38,618 nt of DNA from an uncultured Verrucomicrobiae bacterium (GTDB taxonomy: Bacteria; Verrucomicrobiota; Verrucomicrobiia; Limisphaerales; JAFGQR01). Below, piece by piece: positions 21,477 to 31,613 of the stretch; position 1 is the first letter of the stretch, and each line of letters begins with the position of its first letter. The stretch covers positions 1 to 38,618 of the forward strand of contig CAWBHS010000036.1 of assembly GCA_963788655.1 (NCBI GenBank). Reading direction: 5' to 3'. A program made the translations under genes and the position numbers. The notes under the pieces are model-generated. The model was not told the DNA's origin and did no database searches. It saw nothing but the letters and a program-made list of their open reading frames with translations.

Positions 21477-23200
21477 CTATTCCTTCCGCCTTTCGGAGCT
21501 TTCCTCGGCCCCGGACTCTTCGTCGGAAGGTTTGACGACCACTTCGGCGGCGTCGAACGCGTGCTGCAGGGCCACGAGGTCTTCGCCCGGCTTGAGCGCG
21601 TCGAGGATCGCCTGCTCGGCCTTGAGCTGTTCGTGGCGAGTAGTTGGCCGCCTTGATGGACAGACCGATGCGGCGTTCGCCCTTGTCAATCTTGATGACG
21701 CGGGCGGTGACTTCCTGGCCGACCTTGAGCACGTTCTTGATCTTCTCCACGCGCTCCTCGCTGATCTGCGAGATGTGGACCAGGCCGTCAATGTCGTGCT
21801 GCAGGCCGACGAACGCGCCGAAGCTGGCGAGCTTGGTGACGTTGCCGGTGACGAGGTCGCCGACCTTGTAGAACTGGTCGATGTTCTCCCACGGATCGAC
21901 GCTCGAGCTGTTTGATGCCGAGCGCGATGCGCTGGTTGGCCTTGTCCACTTCGAGCACCACGGCTTCGACTTCGTCGCCCTTCTTGAGGACTTCGGACGG
22001 GTGATTGATCTTGCGGGTCCAGGAAATGTCGGACACGTGGATCATGCCGTCCAGGCCTTCTTCCAGTTCGATGAACGCGCCGTAGCTGGTGAGGTTGCGA
22101 ATCTTGCCCTTGACCTGGGTGCCGGGCGGGTATTTCTCCTGGGCCTTGTCCCACGGATTGGTTTCGAGCTGGCGGATGCCGAGCGAGATCTTCTGTTCCT
22201 CGCGGTTGATGCCGAGCACGACGGCTTCGATTTCCTGGTCCGGCTTGAGCACGTCGGAGGGCTTGGCGATGCGCTTGGTCCAGGAAAGTTCGGTGACGTG
22301 CACCAGGCCTTCGACGCCGGGTTCGAGTTCCACGAACGCGCCGTAAGGCACGAGGTTGACCACCTGCCCTTGACCTTGCGCGCCGACCGGGATACTTCTG
22401 CTTCGATGTTGTCCCACGGATTGGCCAGCTTCTGCTTGAGGCCGAGGCTGACGCGTTCCTTTTCCTTGTTGATGTCGAGCACCACGACGTCGAGTTCCTG
22501 GCCGACCTTGAGCAGTTCGGACGGATGCCCGATGCGGCCCCAGCTCATGTCGGTGATGTGCAGCAAGCCGTCAATGCCGTTGAGATCAATGAACGCGCCG
22601 AAGTCGGTGATGTTCTTGACCGTGCCCTTGCGGATGTCGCCCGGGCATCATTTCGGTCGAGCAGCTGCTGGCGGCGTTCGGCGCGTTCCTGCTCGATCAG
22701 TTCGCGGCGGGACAGGACGATGTTCTGCCGCTCCTGGTTGATCTTGACGACCTTGAATTCGTAGGTGTTGCCGACGAACGCGCTGGAGGTTCTTGGGGGG
22801 CATGACGTCAATCTGCGACGCCGGCAGGAACGCTTCCACGCCGATGTTGACGATGCAGACCGCCTTTGACGATGGCCTTGACCTTGCCGGTGATGGTGCC
22901 GCCTTCGTTGCAGATGGTGAGGATGCGTTCCCAGTTCTGTCTTGAACTCGGCCTTTTCCTTGGAGAGGACGACCATGCCTTCCTTGTCTTCGAGCTTTTC
23001 GATCAGGACGTCAATCTCGTCGCCGACCTTGACGGTCTTGATGTCGTCAAATTCGTTGGCGGGGATGACGCCTTCGCTTTTGTAGCCGATGTCCACCAGG
23101 ACTTCCTTGGGGCGGACTTCGATGACGGTTCCTTTGACGATTTCGCCAGCGGCAAAGCTTGCATATCGCTTTGCTTCAGGGCTTCTTCCATGGTGAGCAT
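21477..23200 (-). CDS. rpsA: 30S ribosomal protein S1; many frameshifts
   Basis: [65 protein letters not shown]1 repeats across frames. Confidence 0.95.
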
Positions 23201-23414
23201 AATAATCTTATGCGTTTCCGGACGAACTTGCGGGAGGCTTGGTCGGCGCGAGGCGCCGCTTCGAAGACTCCATTGCCTAACGGACCAGACGTTGCAGTGG
23301 CAACGGAGGTTGAAGGTTAGGTTATTCGTTAACTTCTCTTTCTCAGCCTCAATGAACCACTGCCACAACAGGGCTCAGGCAACCGAAACATAAAGCCCCG
23401 CCACCCGGTGGCAA
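23201..23414 (-). promoter_or_regulatory. rpsA promoter and structured 5' leader
   Basis: TTGCCA (23414-23409), 16 bp, TATGTT (23392-23387); long imperfect hairpin 23383-23272; no Shine-Dalgarno before the ATG. Confidence 0.55.
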
Positions 23415-23534
23415 GCGAAAAGTCAGGGAATTTCGCCGGGCAATGCGGATGCTCCAAAGTCCGAATCACGAAAGTAACCCGAACTCCAATGTCCGAAGGT
23501 AGCTGAAAGTTCGCTCCAACTCCAGAGATCCGTT

Positions 23535-23573
23535 CTCCAGCGCCTGGCATCCAGCATCCAGCATCTGGCATCC
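23535..23573 (-). repeat. Heptamer tandem array (GCYRGAT)n
   Basis: Minus strand ggat gccagat gctggat gctggat gccaggc gctgga immediately after the GT4 stop. Confidence 0.75.
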
Positions 23574-24680
23574 TCACCTGCTCACGCCTTGGTTGGCGCG
23601 GGCTTGCAGAAGCGAGGTGTAAACTGCGATCAACCCGTCCGCTTCCTTTTCGATGGCAAATTCCTGGACGACCTTATTCCGGGCACGTTGGCCCATGGCA
23701 ATTCTCTGCGGTTCATCGGTGGCCAGGGCCAGCCGCAAGGCCCGCGCCAAATCCGCAGGATCACTTGTCCGCGCCAGCCAGCCATTTCGGTTCTCCTCAA
23801 CGATTTCCGGCCAGGCGCCGGTCGCGTGGCCACCACCGGACGACCGCTCGCCATGGCTTCAAGACAGGTCACCCCAAAACCCTCGTTGCGCGACGGGCAG
23901 CACCACGAAATCCACGGCCCGATACCACCGGGGTATCTCGTCTGAAATAGTCTGCTGGCACGAAACCATGTTGAAACGCACCCGGTTCTCCAGCCCGGCT
24001 GATTCAAATGATAATTCAACCGGTGGCCTCAAGCCGGTATCCTCCTATTTGCCCGACGAAATGCGCCCCGATCCGGATGCTGCGGCGGTACTTCAATCAA
24101 AGCCGTTATCAAGTCCACCGGAGCACTTTCTGGGGGCGGATAACACCCGAAGATACCAGATTCCACGCGCGCTGGGCAGGGAACGGACGCGGCATTCGTC
24201 GTCGCGGTTATGGGCGGATGATAGACCGACACATCCACGCCGTGATACACCAGCTGGCCGGACAAGACAGGTAAAAAGCCGGCCGCGCAACAGGCTTGGG
24301 GCGATCATGCATTCAAAAGGTGCGCCGGTAAGGCAGGCCCGCGTGAGCCACATGTGCCCCGGCTTGCGCGGCCGAAGTCCACTTTCAACCAGAAAGAGGC
24401 GGCATACCGGAGCCATGTCCGGCAGTGGAACAAAACCGACGAGCAATTCAAGAGATTACGCCGCGCGTGCCAGATGCGCGCGTCAAGCGGCGCAACGCCC
24501 GCAAGGCAAGGCCGAGCGGTAATTGGGGCACGGCGGGGGTGAGATTGAAAACCGGTGGCGACAATGGGAAAGCGGCGCGCGATGCACCGGGATCACGCTG
24601 ATCATGGTGGCATTGATGCCCGAGAAATGCCGCCCCAAGGACGGAGCGACCACTAGCGCGTCAGCCAGCGGATCATGCAC
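23574..24680 (-). CDS. Glycosyltransferase family 4, LpcC/LpsB (LPS core mannosyltransferase)-like; heavily frameshifted, possibly a pseudogene
   Basis: Fragments VVAPSLGRHFSGINAT, IWHARR, YHGVD, PSRNEGFGVTCLEAMASGRPVVAT, DGLIAVYTSLL. Confidence 0.75.
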
Positions 24681-24683
24681 GGA

Positions 24684-25406
24684 TTACTTGCCGAATGCCA
24701 ACCGATCCGCCAGTCGTTGCGGCAAGCCCGCAGCGATGATCTTCTTTTGGGCCGTGGCAATGTCATAATCCAGCCGCCGCAATTCAATCGAGCCCTCGTC
24801 CAGATCATAGACCACGTAGGCGGCCTTGGGATTGCCGTCGCGGGGCTGGCCGACGCTGCCGACGTTCACGAAATACTTGCGGCCCGGTTCGACGCGGAAT
24901 TTTGAATACGTGCCACCGCGGACCACACTGTCGCGCACAAAGGCGACCGGCACATGGGTGTGGCCAAAGAAACAAACGCTGGTGTTCTGGTAAGTGAAAC
25001 TGGCGGCCGCCATCAGCTTGTCGAACACGTAGCCCCAGCGCGTGGGCTGGTCCAACGTGGCGTGAACCATCGAGAAACTGGCGACCAGACGGACATACTT
25101 GAGTTCGCGCAGCCATTGACGGTCTTCCACGCTCAATTGCTTGCGGGTCCAGCGCACCGCTTCGGCGGCATGGGGATTGAAGCCCTCCAAATCGTCCTCG
25201 CTGGAACGGTCCTCGTCATGGTTACCCTTGACGCAGGGCATGCCCATGTCGCGGACGACATCCAGGCACTGTTTGGGATTGGCGCCGTAGCCGACCACGT
25301 CACCCACACAACAATAATGGGTGCATTGCTGCTCTTTGGCGTCATTCAGCACCACTTGGAAGGCTTCCCAATTGGCGTGGATGTCGGCGATAACCGCGTA
25401 TTTCAT
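24684..25406 (-). CDS. Metallophosphoesterase family protein
   Basis: ADIHAN, GDVVGYG, GNHD, GHTH, NVGSVGQPRDG motifs. Confidence 0.92.
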   Translation of the reverse strand: MKYAVIADIHANWEAFQVVLNDAKEQQCTHYCCVGDVVGYGANPKQCLDVVRDMGMPCVKGNHDEDRSSEDDLEGFNPHAAEAVRWTRKQLSVEDRQWLRELKYVRLVASFSMVHATLDQPTRWGYVFDKLMAAASFTYQNTSVCFFGHTHVPVAFVRDSVVRGGTYSKFRVEPGRKYFVNVGSVGQPRDGNPKAAYVVYDLDEGSIELRRLDYDIATAQKKIIAAGLPQRLADRLAFGK

Positions 25407-25415
25407 TGGCCCAAT

Positions 25416-25694
25416 TTAACGAACTATTTCAAAACCGTGAAACTCATTTTTCACATCGTCCCAACGGACATCTTCCTGCCGGATAAAATGACCCAGTTCC
25501 GAGTCCCGCACCGCCTGGGCAAACGCTTCCAGTTCGGTCCGATCCCCTTCGGCAATCAGCTCGACCCGGCTGTCGGGCAGATTGCGCACCACCCCCGTCA
25601 CTTCGAAGCCGCGGGCCAGCATGCGGGTGGTGTAGCGAAACCCGATGCCTTGGACCCGACCGGAGTAAAAGACGTGTAACCGGTGGCGGTTCAT
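25416..25694 (-). CDS. acyP: Acylphosphatase
   Basis: SGRVQGIGFRY, GVVRNLPD.RVE..AEG. Confidence 0.93.
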   Translation of the reverse strand: MNRHRLHVFYSGRVQGIGFRYTTRMLARGFEVTGVVRNLPDSRVELIAEGDRTELEAFAQAVRDSELGHFIRQEDVRWDDVKNEFHGFEIVR

Positions 25695-25885
25695 ATTGCA
25701 TCTGGCCGAAACGTTCTTCAACTCGCGAATCACAAAGACGTTGTCGGCGTTCGGCAGACCGGATAAAGCCATAGTTGCGCCCGGTTAGGCAATCCTTTTG
25801 TTGTGAATTTACGCGACGACGAACGATGACGGCTCACAAACGGTCAGGAGGCTCAGCCGGCTCATTCCCGCGGTAAGGACAAGTA

Positions 25886-25956
25886 GTAGCCGCCGACGTA
25901 CGGAGGCGGAAAACGGTCGATGGGTATCAGGTCCGCCTCCTCACGTCGGCGGCTAC
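25886..25956. repeat. GTAG-type REP doublet, family E
   Basis: gtagccgccgacgtacggaggcgga / tccgcctcctcacgtcggcggctac, 23/25 complementary, 21-bp spacer. Confidence 0.88.
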
Positions 25957-25983
25957 GGCGCGGGTGAAATATCCATCCCAATC

Positions 25984-28870
25984 CTATTCCAGCCGCTTGC
26001 GCGCCCGGCGTTTGGCGTCCAACAAGCGGCCGGTGGTGCTGGAAGATTGGTCTTCCGATTCGGCGGGTTGCGATGCGGCTGGACTTTCGGGAGTGAACGC
26101 GGGTTTCGTTGGAGCTGGTTTGGTTTTGCCCGGCAGTTCCACGGTCTGCTGAGGCTGAAACAATTCCGGCCGGGCTTCCGTTGGGCTCGGCTTTTGTTGG
26201 GCGCGCACCTGGTCGCGTCGCGCGAGCAATGCCGTCAGCGATTGATCGGCTTCGGGCGCGCGCGGCACGCCTTTCCAAAACAGCACGGTGCGTTTGACCG
26301 CCACCCACGCCTTCAACATTTCCTCACGCTCGATTTGAATCCGCCGCACCGCGACATCGACCACAAACAACAGCAACGCCATTTTGAGCAGCCATTCCCA
26401 CCAGTCCAACGGACGATACGTCTGGCGCCGGTCGAGCAGAAATGGGTTGTCGGAGGGCTTCTGCGGATCCAGCAACTTGCCGCCGCCCGATGCGGCCAGG
26501 CGGGTCAGCAAATTCAAGTTGGGTGCCGCGGAACTGAACTCCGGCGAGTAGTTCACACTGGCGCCCACCACTTGCGAACTGGCCACCTTGCCGTCCTTCA
26601 ACTCCATCAGGTTCAGCAGATACGTGCCGACCTCTTTGGTGGCGAACTTGGCTTCGTAATGGCCGGGACCGGTTTGTTCCAACCGCACCAACTTCTTTTC
26701 CCCTTGCGGACTGACGACCGCCGCCTGGAGGTAAAGGAAATTGCGGTAATTGCCCTGTTGATCCATCGCCTCAACGCTGAGCTGCCCCTGGCCTTCTTCC
26801 ACCGAAACCTCGGTCGAGAATTCTGACATCTCGAGGTGCCGACGACTCCACTGCGCAACCTGGGACCAGAATTGGCGGAACTTCGGCCAGGTCAACCATT
26901 GCTTGGCCCATTTGGGCTTGGCGTCCGAAGTGAACGCGACCGAGCGGCCCAATCCGAATTGCCAGTGCGCCAGCACGGGATCGCCCTTGTCCGAAATCAA
27001 CGGGATTTCCGCCCGCGGTTTCGGTGTCGTGCAGACGTAACCCAATAAGGGGGGATACGACGTGATGCCGCGCACGATTTCGCTGGGCGCGACCAGCTTG
27101 GGCGTGAACGGTTCCTCGAAAATGGCGGACTTGAGAATGACCGCCGCTTCCTTGATGAAAATCTGCGGCAGTTGCGCCGGGTTTTGCACGTCATAAAAAC
27201 GACCGTGGCCCAGCGCCGCAATCTTTTGCATGCGCTCCGGACCGGCGTGACCGGAAATAAGGACTGTGCTGACCGTGATCTTGTTATCGACGATGTCCTG
27301 CATGAGCTTGGCGCTCGGTTCGCCCGGATCACCGTCGCTGAAGACAATGATGTGCTTGAGGTGCGCGGTGGACGATTTCAGCCCCTGGAAGGCCAGCGAC
27401 ATGACGCCCTGAAACGTGGGCAGATCGCCCTGGTTCATGCCGGCAATCATTTGGCCCAATTTCTTTTTGTCGCCGGTCTTTTGCATCGGGAACAGCCAGT
27501 GCTCGTTGCCGTCCCAGAGCACGACGCCCATTTCATCCCGCGGGCCGAGCGAGTCGAGCACACCCAGCGCACAATCGCGTGCGATTTGGTTGCCGTTGTT
27601 GAATTCCATGCCGTGCATCACCAGGGCTACGGCGCCGTTGGGGAGCACTTTCTTGCTGTCCAATTCCATGCTCAATGGCAGCGTCGTTTCGAGCGGCGTG
27701 CCGCGGTAGCCACCGGCCGCGTAAGCCTGATCGCCGCCAACGCATACCAAGCCCATCCCAAAATCCCGCACGGCGCTTTCCAGACGGTGCATCGCCGGAT
27801 CGCCCAAATCGCCGGCGGCCACGTTGTTCAGGAAGATGGCGTCGTAGTCCTGCATTTCCGCCAGGGTTTCGGGAAAACCGCCCAACGTCACGGGCTTCAC
27901 CTGCAATCGCGAGCCTGCGCAACGCGGCAATCAAATCCTGGTCAGCCGCCGGACTATTGTCACCGTTGACCACCAATACGAGCGGTTCGCCGCGTACCAC
28001 CGAAACGAAGCTGCTGGCCTGGTTGTTTTGCGGCACCTTGTCGCCCGCGCTGTCCAGGTAGGCGGAGTAACTGTAGAAGCCTTCCTGGTCCAACGCCTGC
28101 GGGAACGTGAACAGATTCTTGCCCTGGGCCAGTTCCACCGTTTGCTCGCCCAGCACCTGTTCGTTGCGAAAGATCCGCACTTTGGCGGTTTGCGCCCGGT
28201 CGGCGTTAACAAAGAGTCGCGCTTCAAACGTTTGCCCCTTCTCAATCCGGTGCGGTAATCCCAGTCGCTGCACCGAAACATCGTTGGTTCGCCGCACGCC
28301 CATGGGGATGACGTCCATGGTGACACCCAACCGCCGCGCCGACAGCAGCGCCGTCATGGCGTCACCCAGGTTTTCGTTCCCATCGGATAACAGCACCAAT
28401 CGCTTTTGGCCCGTCTCGGGAAACGCCGCCGTACCCAGTCGAATGGCGGCGGCGATGTCGGTGCGCTCGGTGCCGACGACGGCCTGGATTTTGGCTTTGT
28501 CCACGATGGTTTCCGCTTCGGATTCCAGCGCCGCCTCGGTGCCAAACACCAGCACGCCACCACGGTCTTCTTTTTTCTTGGCGGTGGCGGCCTGGTTTAC
28601 GTATTGGAGCGCGCCCTCTTGTTGCGTGGAAGGAATGCTGTCCGATCGGTCGAGCAGGAACATCACATTCACGCCTTCCATCGGACGCAGCCATTGCACG
28701 CCGGCCAGCGCCAGCACCAGCAGCGCGGCGACAACGAGGCGGATGCCCAACGCCGTCCACCGCCGCCAGGTTCCGATCTGCACGTCGGATTTGAGCGCCA
28801 GCCAAATCACCCACCCCCACGCCACCGGCAGCGCGAACAACCAAAGAGGATGGGTGAATTGGAAGTTCAT
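25984..28870 (-). CDS. Membrane protein with N-terminal double TM, two vWA domains and a GATase1-like segment; frameshift near 27920
   Basis: MNFQFTHPLWL.., FLLDRSDS (MIDAS), LLSDGNEN, YDAIFLNNV..GGDQAYAAGGY, IIVFSDG, WQFGLGRSVAFTSD, C-terminal TM. Confidence 0.85.
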
Positions 28871-28874
28871 TGAA

Positions 28875-29892
28875 TTATTTCAAGCTTGCCGTCTGTCGTC
28901 CCTCCGAATCTCGTCGAATCAGCTTCTGCACGCGATGATTTTGCGAATCGGCCACGTAGAGGTTGCCGTGCGAATCGAGCGCAATGCTCCACGGATTGTT
29001 GAATTGGCCCGGAGCGCTGCCGGGGCCGCCGATGATTTCCACGGGCCGGTTTTGCGCGTCAAAGATTTGCAGGCGGCTGTTGCCAAACTCGCACACGTAT
29101 TGGATGCCCTGCGCGTCCACGCGCACATCATACGGATAACTGAGTTCGCCCAAACCAGTGCCCGCCTTGCCGTAAGTCTTCAGCCATTTCCCTTCGCGTG
29201 AAAACACCTGGATGCGATGGTTGCATGAGTCGGCCACATACACCCGGTCATCCGGACCAATGCCCAATCCTTCGGCGCGGTTGAACTCGCCGTCGCCTTC
29301 CCCGGGACGGCCAAAGCTCAGCAACAGCTTTTTGTCTTTGGGTGAGAAAGGCCTGCACCCGCTCAGTCAGCGTGTATTCGGAGACATACAGTTCGCCCTG
29401 GGAATTCACCGCCACCGACCGCGGCATGCTGAACTGGCCGGCGTTCGTGCCGTGACTGCCCCATTGCGCCACCAATTGGCCCTCAGGGGTGAAATGGTTC
29501 ACGCGCTGATAGTGCGGTTCGATCACGATGAGGTTGCCGTCCTTGTCCAACCCCATGCCTTTGGGCTTGCCGAGATCGGTTTGAGTCATCTGCCACGACA
29601 ATAGGTAATGCCCGTCGGGCGCGAACTTCTGCACCCGGCCCGTCATATCGACCACGTACAGGTTGTCGTTCCGGTCCACCGCCACCGAACGAGGTTTGTT
29701 GAATTGACCCGCCGCCGTCCCGCGCGTGCCGATTATCTGCACGCGACTGAAGAAACGACTGTTCAGCGTCGCTTCGTGAGCATCGGGTGTTGGTGAACAA
29801 CCCGTGAGGAGCAAAGGACCAATGACCATGATAACCGCGGATGCCGCGCGCGATAGGAGACCGGGGTTTGCGGACGGTTCCTTTCCCCTCAC
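28875..29892 (-). CDS. NHL-repeat (6-bladed beta-propeller) lipoprotein; frameshift near 29345; start uncertain
   Basis: Lipobox LLTGC; repeated GQFNKPRSVAVD / GEFNRAEG..VYVADS.NHRIQ / GQFNNPWSIALD units. Confidence 0.85.
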
Positions 29893-30059
29893 CCCGGCCC
29901 TCTCCCCGGGGGAGAGGGAGGACCATTTGTCGCGCTTGTTTACTGTTGGAACCTTTTGGATCATCGCAAGGCGGCATCTGCAAATAGCGATTGGAATCAG
30001 CAGCATTGTCCGCCGGCTGTTCCCTCTTCCCTGGGGAGAGGGTTAGGGCGAGGGGGAAC
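29882..30059. repeat. Family D inverted doublet (CCCCTCACCC..CCCTCTCCC..GGGAGAGGG)
   Basis: Arms 29882-29920 and about 30020-30059 in inverted orientation; third copy at 5484. Confidence 0.85.
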
Positions 30060-30093
30060 AGGCCGCCCAAGCAACGCAAGGCACGGCGCACGG

Positions 30094-30228
30094 AATGACC
30101 AATGACCAATGACCAGATCCCAAAGAAGGCCCAGGAACCAATGCCCCAAAAGCTGCGGGCGCGGCTTTGCGTTGCGTCATTGGGTATTGGACATTCTCTG
30201 GTCATTGGTTCATTGGTCACTGGTCATT
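30094..30228. repeat. Inverted heptamer-array element (AATGACC)n ... (GGTCATT)n
   Basis: aatgacc x3 at the left; ggtcatt ggttcatt ggtcact ggtcatt at the right, overlapping the permease stop. Confidence 0.85.
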
Positions 30229-31600
30229 GCCATCGTCTGTTCACGGTGCTGATTAACAACAGCGGTCCGATCGCGAGTCCCAGCAACACCAGGCACAACG
30301 CATTCACCTGCGCGTTGTGTCCGTAGTGAAGCAGGTTGAAGATGCGCAGGGCAAGCGTTTCTCCGCCCGGCGGGTAAATCAGGACCAGCGATTCCACGTC
30401 CCACAAGCAGAGCAAGTAGATCACATACCAGGTGGCGGCAACCGTCGGGGCGATCTGCGGCCAATAGACCAGCCGCAACAAAGTCCAACTGCCGGCGCCT
30501 TCCAGACGAGCCGCGTCAGTCAGATCGCGATCCACACCGCGCAGAGCGTGAGCCACCCCCGTCCAGCCCAGGGCCAGGTAGCGAATCCCAAACGCCAGGA
30601 CGACAATGCCGGCGCTGCGGTAGATAACTTCCAAGCCTGGCCGGTTGAAGACCACAATGAATCCAATCCCCAGCAACACGCCCGGTATAAAAAACGGCAG
30701 CCACAGCGGCAGACTGATCGGCCACCGCCAGGTCACCAGGCCGAAGCTGATGCCCAGCGTCGCGGCGGCGGCGGAATAAAAGAACGAGTTCTCAATCGCG
30801 CCCGGCGCGGCACGCAGGACATCGGGCAATTCACTCCAGGTTCGTCCCGAAGCCACCAAGTCGATGACGGGCAAGCCAACGGACAGTCCGAGCAACAGCA
30901 GTGTCACGACCGCGCCCAATATCCGCCAGCGCGGACCCAGTTGGCGTCGCACAGCTTTGGCGGCGGCTGGCCCTTGTTCATGGGGCCAGTCCAACGCGGC
31001 GCGCCGAAATGCCAGCAGCACCAACAGTGGGGCCACGATCAACGGCCAACCGAAGGCCAACGCATCCATTGGTTTCAAATCGGTGCTGAACCGCACCCAC
31101 GTTTCGGCGGGGAGAACTTTGACCTGCAAAATGGCGGGCACGGCAAAGTTGTTTAGTGTCAGAACAAATGTGATCACCGCGGCGTACCCAACCGCAATCC
31201 GCCCCAGCGGCCACAACAGCCAACGAATGAGCGGCCAGCCGCACAAGGCCGGATCACTCTCCAATTGGGCCGGCTCGAGTCGCCGCCACGCCGCCAGCAC
31301 CAACAGCAACGTAATCGGCCAGGTGAGCAGTGCCAATATCCAGACAGTGCCGTTGAGCGAATAGATGTTGAACGGCAGCCAACGATGCCATTTGCCGGCA
31401 GTGCCCAGCAGGTCGAGCCAGCAATTCGTGACGAGAAACGGGGGCAGCGCAAGCGCGATCACTGACACGGCCAGCAGCCGCTTCCGCCAACGCCGTTCAA
31501 GTCCGGCCAGCCACAAGGCGGAAAGGAAGCCCAGGGTTAGCGCCAACAGCGTAGCGGCGCCGCTGACCAGCAAGCTATTTTGGAGCAGGTGCCAATTCAC
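30224..31600 (-). CDS. ABC transporter permease, FbpB/iron(III)-type (two TM modules)
   Basis: Polytopic; LQNSLLVS, LPPF, EAA-like loop DLTDAARLEGA, PPGGETL..RIFNLLHYG. Confidence 0.88.
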   Translation of the reverse strand: MNWHLLQNSLLVSGAATLLALTLGFLSALWLAGLERRWRKRLLAVSVIALALPPFLVTNCWLDLLGTAGKWHRWLPFNIYSLNGTVWILALLTWPITLLLVLAAWRRLEPAQLESDPALCGWPLIRWLLWPLGRIAVGYAAVITFVLTLNNFAVPAILQVKVLPAETWVRFSTDLKPMDALAFGWPLIVAPLLVLLAFRRAALDWPHEQGPAAAKAVRRQLGPRWRILGAVVTLLLLGLSVGLPVIDLVASGRTWSELPDVLRAAPGAIENSFFYSAAAATLGISFGLVTWRWPISLPLWLPFFIPGVLLGIGFIVVFNRPGLEVIYRSAGIVVLAFGIRYLALGWTGVAHALRGVDRDLTDAARLEGAGSWTLLRLVYWPQIAPTVAATWYVIYLLCLWDVESLVLIYPPGGETLALRIFNLLHYGHNAQVNALCLVLLGLAIGPLLLISTVNRRWQ

Positions 31601-31613
31601 AAGCCGCCCGCGT

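Noticed and set aside
21477..23200. rpsA and trpB as pseudogenes or programmed frameshift targets
   Set aside because: Too many scattered indels in an essential gene and no consistent slippery sites; assembly error is more likely.
23272..23383. rpsA-leader hairpin as SRP RNA
   Set aside because: Lacks the conserved SRP domain IV GGAA-loop and CAGG/AGCA motif.
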